NCBI GenBank assembly: GCA_038214755.1
Contig: JBBQRQ010000030.1
Location: forward strand, 1-48,918
Reading direction: 5' to 3'
Length of the DNA stretch: 48,918 nucleotides
Source: Verrucomicrobiota bacterium
GTDB lineage: Bacteria > Verrucomicrobiota > Verrucomicrobiia > Limisphaerales > CANJXF01
Shown: piece after piece, positions 39,401-47,243 of the stretch
Numbering within the stretch: the stretch's first letter is position 1
Layout: each line of letters begins with the position of its first letter
Made by a program: the position numbers and the translations under genes
The notes under the pieces: generated by a model
Told to the model about the DNA's origin: nothing
Seen by the model: the letters and a program-made list of their open reading frames with translations, nothing else
Database searches by the model: none

Positions 39401-42400
39401 GGCACTTGGTCCTATTTAAGTCCTCCGCCAACCACTTTCCCTAACGGGTTGGTTCAAGAAGGTTTTTATACCAATGGAGACGGTTTCCCATCCATTGTTG
39501 CTACCGGCACCATTTACCTTGCTGACTTACGTTACACAGTGGGAAGCTCGCAATCAGTCCCGATCTCCCCCACCACATCAGGTCCCTTCGTCAACGGAAT
39601 CTGGTCGGGTCCACTCACTGTTCAAGCTGCGTCGAGCAACCTTACGTTGCGCGCTTCCGATGGAAATGGCCACATCGGTGACGCCAACGCCATCGAGGTA
39701 GTATTGCAAAATGATTTGTTGGTCACAGCAATAGCAACGCCGGTGACCGCGGATGTGCGAAGCAATTTGACCTACTTGATTACCGTCACCAATACCGGCC
39801 CGAGCACCGCTACCGGCGTGCTATTGACCAATCTATTGCCGGCGGAAGTGAATTTTTTATCCGTCACTCCATCGCAAGGTTCCAGCACTACCACCGGAAG
39901 AACCATTGTCTGCAATCTGGGAACAATCACGGGCGGAGGCGTGGCGAGCGTGAGTATTGTGACCAAGCCGAATGCGGATGGTATGATTACCAACATGGTA
40001 AGCGTCGGTCGTGCTGAAGCCGATGCTTCTCTGCTGAATAACACCGCAACAGTAGTAACCCGTGTCCTGGCTCCTTCGCTTGCCGGAGAATTCAAAATCG
40101 ACAGCCTCCTGGCTACCGGCCCATTCGCCATCGAGGTGAGCACCTTTACTGGAGATGATCGCGGAGGATTGGTCGCCTCTGACTCGCAGGTCTTCCTGAC
40201 CGGAGATAGCTCCACCGCGCGATTTAGAATTGATGACTTGTCCGGCGGGACGGGTCTCGGTCAGATCTATGATTCGTTGGTGGGCGATTTGCAGACACAG
40301 AAAGCTTACGTACTCGCCAATGGGGCCACTCGAATTACTGCAAGTGGCGGGACGGTGAATGCCTTGTTGGAATTGGACAGCAGCAACGGAACATTGACTG
40401 GAAACAGTATCCCACTTTCGACGCCGGTCGTAATGCCTTCGAGCGGCAGCCCGGGAATTTTCTCCGGCTACGGTCGTGTGGTGTTGCATACAGGGAGTCG
40501 TGTTTACAGTATCGCACTGCCCTCCGGCACCGTAACAGACCTCGGAGCGATGTCTGTCACGACGCATCAAAACAGTGAGAGTTGGGCTTATTGGGGAGTA
40601 GCGGAGAACTTCGGTGGAGCGACCTATCTGGTCTATGTCCAGAATGGCACTACGATTGCAAGAACACGAGTCCCGGATAGCGCGACCACTACGCTGGCTA
40701 CCTTCGCAAATCTATCTGATATGGCGTCTTTCACCGTATCCATTCCGCGCAACCGTTGGTACTTCCATCACGAAGGAACGTCGCAATTCAGAAGTGGTGA
40801 TGAAGCCCTCGGCTACGCCAATGCGACATTTTCCGTCGTGTCCTCCGAAGGGATTGCAGAGGACTTGACTCTGAAGGTGACGGACAGCCCGGACCCGGTC
40901 GCGGTAGGCGCCAACGTGACCTATCTACTAACAGTGAGTAACACCGGCCCCTCGATGGCAACGAGTGTGGTCCTCAGCAATATTGTGCCACAGGGAGTTA
41001 ACCTGGTGTCTTTCAATTCGTCACAAGGCAGCATAGCTAACAGCAGCGGCGTGATCGTAGCTCAGTTGGGAGCGCTGCCGGCTACCTCCAACGCTACGGT
41101 GGCGATAGTCATCCAAGCTTTGACTGCGGGCATTCTCACCAACGTTGCCGCTGTCACGAGGGCGGAGCCGGATGGTTATACGCCTAACAATCGCGTGGTT
41201 AGCTTCACTTCCGTCCAAGTGCCTACTCTCTCTGTGGACGATCTAACTGTTATCGAAGGCGACGCAGGAGCAACCAACGCCAACTTCCTGGTCCGCCTCT
41301 CGTTGCCCGCGCCGCAAACCGTGACGGTCAACTATGCCACCACGAACAACACCGCGTTGTCAGGAAGCGATTATCTCGCCACCAATGGAACCATCGTATT
41401 TAATCCGGGAGAGACCAACAAAATAATCACCGTGCCGATTGTGGGTGACTTACTTAATGAAGGAACCGAGACTTTCTTTGTCAATATTTCCAATTCGACG
41501 AATGCCACCATTCTGGATAGCCAGGCCGTGGGGACGATCACGGACAATGATCCTCTGCCGCTGCTGGCTATCAGCGATGTTACCGTTACCGAAGGCAACA
41601 TTGGGACTACGAACGCAAACTTCACTGTAACTCTTGCGCGGGTAAGTGGCCGCGCCGTGACGGTGAACTTCACTACGGCGGACGGCAGCGCCTCGGCAGG
41701 CAGCGATTACGCGGGAACAAACGGTGTTCTCACCTTTAATCCTGGCGAGACTAACAAGTCTATTACGGTAAGGGTGTTTGGGGACACTTTGATCGAGTCC
41801 AACGAAACCTTCGTGGTCAACCTTTCCAACGTTAACAACGCCAATCTCGATGATGCGCAGGGAGTCGGGACCATAGCCAATGACGATGGGTTTTCCGGAC
41901 AAATAGACCACTTCGATTGGAGCGCCATTACTTCGCCTCAATTTGTCGGTCAGCCATTCGCGGTCTCGATCACCGCCAAGGATTCCTCCGGGTTGACCTT
42001 GACTGCATTTACCGGTCCAGTAAACCTTAGTGGTTCAACGGGAGGCGGAGTGATTACCAATCGGATATTGGGTGACGTGGTGGACAACAACTCGTTCAAT
42101 GGATCTTACACGGTGGGATATTCCTTCACCCCAAGCACCAACATTACGGTGACGCACCTGCGGCATTATGCGGGGACCAAGGTATCTATCTGGACGGACA
42201 CCGGCACATTGGTGGTAAGCCAGCCTGTGACCAGCACGCCGCGCGTCTGGACAGAGACGCCGCTTATTACCCCGGTAGTGCTACAAGCCGGCGTGCGCTA
42301 CCGAATAGGCGCCTTTAGCGGCGGTCTTGGAAATTACTATCGCTTTGACCTTCCAACTACATTCCCCAATGGAACCATTCATTCCTCCTACTCGGTTAGC

Positions 42401-44245
42401 GGCGATAATTTTCCCGCTAATACTGATTCGCCACTTTGGTATTTTGTGGATGTGAAATATTCGATAGGAGTCAGTGTGCCGGTGCCGATTTCACCTACAA
42501 CCTCCGGTACCTTCGTCAATGGAACATGGTCAGGACAACTGACAGTCCAGACGGCGTCCAGCAACCTCGTTCTGCGCGCGGATGATGGCGACGGCCACAC
42601 CGGAAAAGCGAACGCCATTACGGTAGTATTGCAAAATGATTTGTCAGTCACCGCTATAGGCACACCGGCCATCGCGGATGTGCGGAGCAATTTGACCTAC
42701 TTCATTACCGTGACCAACACCGGACCGAGCACGGCTACCGGCGTGCTGTTGACCAACCTATTGCCAGTGGAAGTGAATCTCTTGTCCGTCACTCCATCGC
42801 AAGGTTCCAGCACTACAACAGGACGAACCATTATCTGCAATTTGGGAACCGTGGCAGGTGGCGGAGCAGCTACTCTTACCATCGTTGTCAAACCTGTAGT
42901 GGACTCAATTGTGTTGACTAACGTTTGCACTATCTCCCGCGCCGAGGCTGACGCCGATCTGTTCAATAACACGGTGACGACTGCCACTCCCGTGAGGTCT
43001 CTTCTGGGCAGAGGGGGACGCGTGGCGATATATGCGGCCGACAACTCGACTTATTACAATGATGTTCGAAACAAAATTCAAGCGCCGGGACTTTTCACAC
43101 TGGTCGATGTCTTTGATGCTACCAGCGCCAACTCGGTTCCGACGTTAAGCCAGCTTTCACAATATGACTCCGTGCTGGTCTATGATAATAACAGCTTCAA
43201 TAACAGCACTGCGCTCGGTAATGTTCTGGCGGACTATGTGGATGCCGGTGGCGGGGTGGTGGTTGCCACGTTTGCCTTTGGCGGTGGCTTGGAGTTGCAA
43301 GGACGTTTTCTTACCGGCGGCTATCTGCCGTTTACCATCGGCAGCCAGTCATCAGGAACAACACTTACGCTGGTGAAAGACGACGCGCAACACCCGATCC
43401 TCGAAGGAGTGAACTCGTTCAGCGGCGGGTCATCCAGCTATCATAACCTGGTTAACCTCACCTTGAGCGCGAACCTTGTTGCCCATTGGACCGATAACCG
43501 GCCTTTGGTGGGAACCCTGCAAACTTCGGGAGGACGAGTAGTCGGCCTTAACTTCTTCCCGCCTTCGAGCACGGTAAGCAGCAGCTTCTGGTCAGCAAGC
43601 ACCGATGGGGGCCGATTGATGGCCAACGCGCTTCTCTGGGCGGCCCCCAGATTCGCATCTGTCCCGGATGACCTCGCCCTGACCGTGTCGGACACGCCTG
43701 ATCCAGTTTCTCCCGGAACTAACGTGACCTATCTACTAACAGTGAGTAACAGCGGACCCTCCACGGCAACTGGTGTGGTGGTAAGCAATGTAGTTCCGGC
43801 TGGAACGACAGTGATCTCCTTTACTTCATCGCAAGGCACCGTAGCGAATGTTGGCGGAACAATCATCTGCAACGCGGGGACAATCCTGGCCGGGAACTCC
43901 GCTACGGTCACAGTGGTAGTGCAGACCTCGACGACCGGCACCCTGACGAATGTTGCGACGGTCGCTCGGGCCGAGCCAGACGCATACACTCCTAATAATC
44001 GAGTGGTGAATTTGACCGCGGTCCAACCTTCCGGCTCGTTCAAAATCAGTTCGGCTTACCCTGGCGTAATCCAGTTGCAATTTATCGACATCCAGTCCGG
44101 CAAATGTGTTATTGAAACCTCGACAGACCTAAAGAACTGGAAACCGCTTTGCACAAACAATGTGGTTGGCGGAAAAGTTCTAATCGTAGATCCAGATGCG
44201 CCCCGAGCGTCCGCTTGCTTCTATCGCGCTCACTGGCAGCCTTGA
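30470..44245 (+). CDS. Giant repetitive surface protein/adhesin (~4590 aa)
   Basis: Signal peptide, a Big_2-like unit, DxDGDG Ca-binding repeats, many carboxypeptidase-regulatory-like repeats, Calx-beta units (V.EG..G...GTI.NDD), DUF11 units (DSPDPV..LTY..VTNTGP) and a C-terminal STDL..W..FYR domain. Confidence 0.92.
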   Translation: MLNAQYIIGRNWQRVLAPLFAILLSQTAEACPFLNEHCTATILNRSVQVSPSGSISFPNLPAEPGLYRVRVTCDCEGQTFRGQSGFIELKPNGNTLIGPINFAVVEELPVSLQVFAGQTTFKIKNETSPYVALAFLADGRSRDVTTRTHGTLWSSTAPAVATVNSNGIVTALTRGQAIIQARNEGVMSSAMVTVLIPNDADNDGMTDEFEQANGLNPNSASDAAQDPDGDGLTNLQEFQRGTNPHSADSDGDGLLDAQEIVLGTNPLRADTDGDGLTDGQEVLRGSNPLSSDTDGDGIPDGLEVQLGLSLTNANPVTRVEGRVLDTSNAPVAGAAITLFNLITVNSDSSGFFSIPNVPAGLGALTAVAQIVRLGQILDGVSSPANPVAGGVTSLGNIQIGLNAGTVAGLVTDPFGVPVPGAVVIVTGGTDVRNVFADGTGRYRVSNMTAGNLVVTARDYRTGLRGRAFGVLSLNNSVVIDVRLGPFGTVRGMVFNRDNSTLVGAGVDVTYSGPNYQQVNTDPFGGYLFDFVPLGSYSVEANDTLGNRGRSGGDVSVTSQVNVNDIGYLGRGTVVGVVRDASLNPVTNALVNLSSGSVFGGGSMTISDVAGRFAFSNIFIGTYFLTAQAPGSGLAGHTNGAILSDGQRVTNNITIAAAGSITGLVFRADGITPVTNVQVTVSPSGLGTNSGAQGQFRFDLLPLGTYTLNATDPITGDRGVVAANISSQGAVSLANITLNGQGTVIVTVRDGASNLVSGAQVLVNGTTQFGGSKSGLTDANGMITFPGVLAGGFVASATDPATTLSGQVSGSVGVGLSVSVTVRLQAVGSIAGIVYQPDGTTPASGITVRIFGQVSRSTTTTNGNFRFDNVPTSTYSMDASDSGGVRANTNGIVVSSQGQVVQRNLTLIGLGTVQGVVSNPDASPAANIGVSLVSQGSGFGRTLFALTDINGFYRVSNSVPIGSFTATSSGQTGNTTFYGTTSGVVTVNAQIVTANILLSTSSIPVMVTTTLYDANNFGYQLRENGSLQDGSPGSMWAGDSNTNRGAFLLDLVASGVTNRFNGQAFGTSEDGAREIVIQQNGLAGLNVTRKVFVPREGYFARYLEILNNPSGSPITVGVRLTSHFRFNTKVQGGFTVQREPRIISTSSGDAILSVSNSPRDRWVVIDDDEDADPFLVSSSLPTVGDIFDGTNGVIQAASAQYTINFSAPLYGKLVEDWTNVTVPAGGAVSIMHFGFEQIRQTNAVASAQRLAQLPPEALAGMTLTEMGQVLNFALPTNGVSILTALPPLNGAVSGRTLAGDGSNIVANATVHYRSSSPYFGRTWTFSSSGSGQFDFAGSVTGFGNSMPVPVADFILEGIHPLTGVVTPPVTGTFSPGLLATTTDVIFSDTGVLTGTVRRHNNVVVSSGSVTISGGGLVSPVTLGIAANGTFTLSGIPSGQYTIVAIVPVAQGSDLAASTTATITSGQTRTVNLLIPPTGTITGLVRRQDNSPGVNSAVQLSGSNGLFRTTSTDTGGRYTFFDVPVGPVTLNAFDPLGNTSARAQTNAVVDQTVVVNLTLISGGTVSGLVTSPTSQPVTNAQVTLTANNGTFTTATGLDGRYQFNLVEPGPVSVQGIDPVTSFRGINSGNLGLSGQTLTLNIQLVPSGTITGIVYRANGTTPIPNASVILNGSASRSTLANAQGQFVFDVVPLGAFTVTGIDPVSSERNSVSSSLSVNLEVRNITIVVLPNVRINDVSVRERNIGTTNATFSVTLSSPSVQEVRVNFATASGSAVSGDFIPASGTLIYAPGVTNQPVVVVVNGDTSIEPNETFYVNLSSAVNGTVTDSQGIGTIINDDGIGGQIDHFVWNPIPPNQFVNESFAVTITAKDAFDNVVSGFQGPVSLSGSSGAPDLTIGTGNVSWNFPLASFYHDARLQSIYLSGEIGQARTITGLALDVTGIPGQTLNNWTLRLKHTTLTSYPLNPGWDSSGWTTVLQTNLTISANGWLVLPFTSAFDYNGTDNLLVDFSFNNVSYTSYGATRSTDTALNRSLYYQTDSGFGDPLSWSGTTPPPGVITRVPNLRLIGSQASVALSPVLSGTFSGGVWSGNITVSNAVKDLTLRANDNDGHSGSSGLFDVLIHNDVSLTLIDSPDPVQVGGQLTYLLAVTNTGPLAATGIIVSNILPPSATYVSALSSQGSCVNNSGTVRCDLGSLAGGATATITITVTPTAVGNITNRATVARAEADPNSANNSAEAVTTVLVPSLTIDDVSAPEGNSTGSSPTFVFTVRLSYPSSQTVTVNYATGNGTAFAASDYIATNGILSFLPGQTNKTIQVGIIGDTVAEPNENFFVNLSNSVNATLADNQGLGTIVNDDGLPGQIDHFDWAPIPSPQYASEPIPVSITAKDALGATVSNFVGPVNLTGAVGSSVTNRILGDVVPTSSSFGNYTMGYMFTPNTNITVTHVRHIYGTKVSIWTDAGILIASQNVVSTPGTWLETPLTTPVQLQGGVSYRVGAYTAGNSWYYLSSPPGTFTNGLIQGGVYGSGDVFPNVVVGSGTIYLADLRYTVGTSQSVPISPTVSGSFVNGMWAGAITAAAASTNVVFRASDNDGHFGSSISFAMLYRNDIAIAVTDSPDPVGAGATLTYTVTVTNTGPSSATSVVVTNFLPASVTYGSASVSQGSTSLNGRTVTWTVGTLSGGAVATMNVIVTPTSSGLVTNIAGVTRGEADAFASNNIVQITTTVLLPTLTISDTSSVEGNTGLQNAVFPVSLSYPSSQTVSVSFVTSNGTALAGSDYVSTNGTLTFAAGETNKTITVKVIGDTAIELNEDFFVKLSNPVNSTLVSTQALALILNDDGLPGQIDHFNWASITSPQFVGQQFNVAVTAKDYLGDTITDYASPVALTGSTGGGVITNRILGDVVPTASSSGNYTMGFAFTPNTNVMVTHVRHIYGTKVSIWTDAGVLVASQAVTSTPGTWLETPLSTPVQLLAGVKYRIGAYTAGGTWSYLSPPPTTFPNGLVQEGFYTNGDGFPSIVATGTIYLADLRYTVGSSQSVPISPTTSGPFVNGIWSGPLTVQAASSNLTLRASDGNGHIGDANAIEVVLQNDLLVTAIATPVTADVRSNLTYLITVTNTGPSTATGVLLTNLLPAEVNFLSVTPSQGSSTTTGRTIVCNLGTITGGGVASVSIVTKPNADGMITNMVSVGRAEADASLLNNTATVVTRVLAPSLAGEFKIDSLLATGPFAIEVSTFTGDDRGGLVASDSQVFLTGDSSTARFRIDDLSGGTGLGQIYDSLVGDLQTQKAYVLANGATRITASGGTVNALLELDSSNGTLTGNSIPLSTPVVMPSSGSPGIFSGYGRVVLHTGSRVYSIALPSGTVTDLGAMSVTTHQNSESWAYWGVAENFGGATYLVYVQNGTTIARTRVPDSATTTLATFANLSDMASFTVSIPRNRWYFHHEGTSQFRSGDEALGYANATFSVVSSEGIAEDLTLKVTDSPDPVAVGANVTYLLTVSNTGPSMATSVVLSNIVPQGVNLVSFNSSQGSIANSSGVIVAQLGALPATSNATVAIVIQALTAGILTNVAAVTRAEPDGYTPNNRVVSFTSVQVPTLSVDDLTVIEGDAGATNANFLVRLSLPAPQTVTVNYATTNNTALSGSDYLATNGTIVFNPGETNKIITVPIVGDLLNEGTETFFVNISNSTNATILDSQAVGTITDNDPLPLLAISDVTVTEGNIGTTNANFTVTLARVSGRAVTVNFTTADGSASAGSDYAGTNGVLTFNPGETNKSITVRVFGDTLIESNETFVVNLSNVNNANLDDAQGVGTIANDDGFSGQIDHFDWSAITSPQFVGQPFAVSITAKDSSGLTLTAFTGPVNLSGSTGGGVITNRILGDVVDNNSFNGSYTVGYSFTPSTNITVTHLRHYAGTKVSIWTDTGTLVVSQPVTSTPRVWTETPLITPVVLQAGVRYRIGAFSGGLGNYYRFDLPTTFPNGTIHSSYSVSGDNFPANTDSPLWYFVDVKYSIGVSVPVPISPTTSGTFVNGTWSGQLTVQTASSNLVLRADDGDGHTGKANAITVVLQNDLSVTAIGTPAIADVRSNLTYFITVTNTGPSTATGVLLTNLLPVEVNLLSVTPSQGSSTTTGRTIICNLGTVAGGGAATLTIVVKPVVDSIVLTNVCTISRAEADADLFNNTVTTATPVRSLLGRGGRVAIYAADNSTYYNDVRNKIQAPGLFTLVDVFDATSANSVPTLSQLSQYDSVLVYDNNSFNNSTALGNVLADYVDAGGGVVVATFAFGGGLELQGRFLTGGYLPFTIGSQSSGTTLTLVKDDAQHPILEGVNSFSGGSSSYHNLVNLTLSANLVAHWTDNRPLVGTLQTSGGRVVGLNFFPPSSTVSSSFWSASTDGGRLMANALLWAAPRFASVPDDLALTVSDTPDPVSPGTNVTYLLTVSNSGPSTATGVVVSNVVPAGTTVISFTSSQGTVANVGGTIICNAGTILAGNSATVTVVVQTSTTGTLTNVATVARAEPDAYTPNNRVVNLTAVQPSGSFKISSAYPGVIQLQFIDIQSGKCVIETSTDLKNWKPLCTNNVVGGKVLIVDPDAPRASACFYRAHWQP

Positions 44246-44384
44246 ATGGAATCCCGAAATCCGAATTGGCGAGGCCCAAAAGAAGCTCGAAATCCAAAGG
44301 CCGAAACTACGTGGGGCCATGTGCGAAAAAAAAATAATCCGGAATGCCTGATACCATTGACCTCTGAGGCTCGCTATTTCAAGA

Positions 44385-44457
44385 GGTAGGGCGCGTCACT
44401 CCGTGCGCCCTGCTCGTTGCCAGTCACGCACGGCGCGCACAGAATGACACGCTTCTC
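44385..44457. repeat. Degenerate REPIN-like doublet, same family as 47146-47219
   Basis: The left arm GGTAGGGCGCGTCACTCCGTGCGC is identical to that at 47146. The right arm is decayed. Confidence 0.75.
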
Positions 44458-44681
44458 AAAATGAATTTTCCAGAATGTGGGCAAACTGCCACTTTGCCGC
44501 CGCGACGCCCGCTGGTCGCCGCCTGCTTTTTCGGAAATTTATTTTGGGAAACACTCTAGCGCGATCAAGATACTCCGGCTGATCTTCGACACAGTTGCGT
44601 TTCTTGACCCGCTTCAGAAAATTCAATTTCTTTTCCGCCGGCGTCCAGCATAAGATCTGCTTGGCAGGTTTGGATTCTATT

Positions 44682-45944
44682 ATGGCAAAAGGTCTGACTT
44701 TGGAAAAATTTTCACTAGGTGTGGGCGACCGTTTCGCCCAACAAGCCGAAGCGCAGTTGCGCGCGTGCATGTTGGCGGCGGCGCGCGGCGTCGAAGTCGT
44801 CCCGGTTTGGAATAAGTCCAACCGCGAACACCTCCTGGTCGGTTCGGAACCCGCCAGTGTTCGCCAGGCCGCGGCTGCCGCCGTGAAAAAACTTGGCTGG
44901 AAAAAATCCTGGCACGTGGACGCCGACCATGTCCGGCTCGAAACAGTGGGACGCTTTATTCCGCATTCTGATTTTTTCACAATCGATGTGGCGGACTCAA
45001 TTGGGAAGGCGGCGCCGAAAGATACGATTGAATCTTTTGCCAGCCGCCATTCTGAACTCGTGGGCCGCTTTGAAATTCCCGGACTGGATAGTTATCTGGA
45101 GATTTCCGAGGATGATTTAAAGGGCATCGTCGCTAAATATCTAACGGCCATTCGCGAGGTCGGCTGGATCTATCGGCATATTGCAAAAGAGAAAAGTGAG
45201 GGCGCATTCATCACTGAAGTTTCGATGGATGAAACCGAAAAAGCGCAAACTCCCGTTGAACTTTTAGTTATTCTCGCGGCTCTCGCTGATGAAAATATTC
45301 CACTGCAAACGATCGCTCCGAAATTTTCCGGGCGCTTCAACAAAGGAGTCGATTACATCGGTGACCTCGGAAGATTTGAAACAGAATTCAATGACGATTT
45401 AGCGGTCATTCAATTCGCGATCAAGACCTATGGCCTTCCGAAAAATTTAAAACTCAGTGTTCATTCTGGCAGCGACAAGTTTTCGATCTATGGGGCGATC
45501 CACCGCGCGTTGAAACGTCACAACGCCGGGCTGCATCTCAAAACGGCGGGAACAACGTGGCTGGAGGAAATCACTGGCTTGGCGCAAGCGGGCCGAGATG
45601 GATTGGCGTTGGCCACGGAAATTTATTCCGAAGCGTTTGCGCAGATCGATGACTTGTGCGCGCCTTACCTCAGTGTGATTGACATTGATCGCGCGAAGCT
45701 GCCCTCGGCCAAGACTGTTGCGAGTTGGAACGCTGAACAATTTGTGTCGGCGGTTCGACATGATCCGAAGTGCGCGCAATATAATTCGTCCATGCGGCAG
45801 CTACTGCACGTGGGATACAAAATAGCGACGAAGAAAGGCGAACGATACCTCCAACTCGTGCGCCAGTGCGAGTCGGTTATTGGGGAAAACGTGACAAACA
45901 ATTTATTCCAGCGCCATTTGAAACCGCTTTTTTTGGGGGAATAA
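44682..45944 (+). CDS. uxaE: Tagaturonate/fructuronate epimerase UxaE family
   Basis: Motifs GVGDRF, DADH, EVSMDE, APKFSGRFNKGVDY, KLSVHSGSDKFSIY and HLKTAGTTWLEE. Confidence 0.88.
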   Translation: MAKGLTLEKFSLGVGDRFAQQAEAQLRACMLAAARGVEVVPVWNKSNREHLLVGSEPASVRQAAAAAVKKLGWKKSWHVDADHVRLETVGRFIPHSDFFTIDVADSIGKAAPKDTIESFASRHSELVGRFEIPGLDSYLEISEDDLKGIVAKYLTAIREVGWIYRHIAKEKSEGAFITEVSMDETEKAQTPVELLVILAALADENIPLQTIAPKFSGRFNKGVDYIGDLGRFETEFNDDLAVIQFAIKTYGLPKNLKLSVHSGSDKFSIYGAIHRALKRHNAGLHLKTAGTTWLEEITGLAQAGRDGLALATEIYSEAFAQIDDLCAPYLSVIDIDRAKLPSAKTVASWNAEQFVSAVRHDPKCAQYNSSMRQLLHVGYKIATKKGERYLQLVRQCESVIGENVTNNLFQRHLKPLFLGE

Positions 45945-45976
45945 ATTTTTTTAGAAGAACTCCGTTCCGCCGGACA

Positions 45977-46078
45977 ACGTAGGGCAGCGCGTCTCGCCTG
46001 CCTCGGAATCGGCGGCATCATTCTGTTTTAAAACCTTTTTTCCTTTCGCCCAGACAGGCGAGGCGCGCTGTCCTACGT
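45977..46078. repeat. Intergenic REPIN-like doublet related to the element at 3383-3484
   Basis: ACGTAGGGCAGCGCGTCTCGCCTGCCT ... AGACAGGCGAGGCGCGCTGTCCTACGT. Confidence 0.85.
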
Positions 46079-46195
46079 GGGGAACGTTTCTCGCCCGTTG
46101 ACCTTTTTAGGCGAAGTCCATTTACTAGGCGCAAATGATTTCTGCCGTTTCGTGCAAAGGCGCAGTTGAATTTAATTCGGGATTCAATCATCGTC

Positions 46196-46299
46196 GGGTA
46201 GCATCTGCCTCTGGCGGGTGCGAAAATATCTTCGGCGTTCTTTTTTTGTCAAAGGAAAAGAGGAAATGACCACGCACCCGCCAGAGGCAGATGCTACCC
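46196..46299. repeat. REPIN-like doublet inserted in the 5' end of the HAD gene
   Basis: Perfect 27-bp inverted arms GGGTAGCATCTGCCTCTGGCGGGTGCG (46196-46222 / 46273-46299). Confidence 0.9.
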
Positions 46300-47096
46300 C
46301 GCGCAGTTTTTCGTCGCGTTCACAAATCACTCATGTCATTTTCGATTTCGATGGGACGCTTTCCTGGTTGCGCCATGGCTGGCCGGAAATAATGGCGCAA
46401 CTTTTTCGTGAACACATCTTTCCGGAGCCCGCCGAGACAGAGACGGCGCTGCATGAGTTGCTCCTCAACGATATTCTTTCTTTGAATGGCAAGGCTTCCA
46501 TTCATCAAATGATTCGTTGCGCCGAACGCGCGGGTGAGCGCGGCGGTCAAGCGCCCGATCCGGAAAAATTATTGGGCGAATACCAGCGGCGGCTTGACGC
46601 GGCGATTGCCGAACGCAGCGAGAAAATTCTCAGTGGAAAAAATGAGCGGGATGATTTCGTGGTCCACGGCGCGCGAAATATTTTGGAAAATTTTCAACAA
46701 CGCGGACTCACCCTCATTATTCTCAGCGGGACAGTCGAGCATCGCGTAAAGGAGGAGGCAGCCTTGCTCGATCTCGCGCGCTATTTCGGCAAGCATATTT
46801 ACGGCGGCACGATGGACATTGCCCAATCTTCCAAGCGCGCGGTGATCGAACGCTTGTTGCGAGCGGAAAAAATTGCCGGGGAAAACCTTCTCTCCATCGG
46901 CGATGGGCCTGTGGAAATTGACCTCGCGAAACGCGCGGGCGGTTTCGCCATCGGAGTGGCCAGTGACGAAGACCGCAACGGCTCAGGCCAAATGCATCCG
47001 CAAAAACGCCAGCAGTTGCTGGCGGCTGGAGCGGACGTTGTGATTCCCGACTATCGGGATGGCGCGGCGTTGTTGAAATATATTTTTGGAAAATGA
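46266..47096 (+). CDS. HAD-superfamily hydrolase/phosphatase
   Basis: Motif I FDFDGTL, motif II LSGT, K in SSKR and motif IV IGDGPVE. The original start is possibly 46135, in another frame. Confidence 0.88.
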   Translation: MTTHPPEADATPRSFSSRSQITHVIFDFDGTLSWLRHGWPEIMAQLFREHIFPEPAETETALHELLLNDILSLNGKASIHQMIRCAERAGERGGQAPDPEKLLGEYQRRLDAAIAERSEKILSGKNERDDFVVHGARNILENFQQRGLTLIILSGTVEHRVKEEAALLDLARYFGKHIYGGTMDIAQSSKRAVIERLLRAEKIAGENLLSIGDGPVEIDLAKRAGGFAIGVASDEDRNGSGQMHPQKRQQLLAAGADVVIPDYRDGAALLKYIFGK

Positions 47097-47145
47097 GAGC
47101 AAGGATTTTTGAGGTATGACGACTCGCACCAATAAGTCATTGACT

Positions 47146-47219
47146 GGTAGGGCGCGTCACTCCGTGCGCGCCGGGTATGGATTGCAGCAAACGGCATGCA
47201 CGGAGTGACGCGCCCTACC
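47146..47219. repeat. REPIN-like inverted doublet (GTAG type), intergenic
   Basis: GGTAGGGCGCGTCACTCCGTGC ... GCACGGAGTGACGCGCCCTACC, with perfect 22-bp arms. Confidence 0.9.
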
Positions 47220-47243
47220 TTCTCGTCTTCCGGTGCAAATAAT

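Noticed and set aside
37200..44030. Repeats in the giant gene as a CRISPR array or DGR template/variable pair
   Set aside because: They are long in-frame domain repeats. Differences are not confined to adenines, and there is no reverse transcriptase or cas gene in the window.
44456..44980. 174-aa minus-strand ORF
   Set aside because: It overlaps uxaE antisense and has no motif support.
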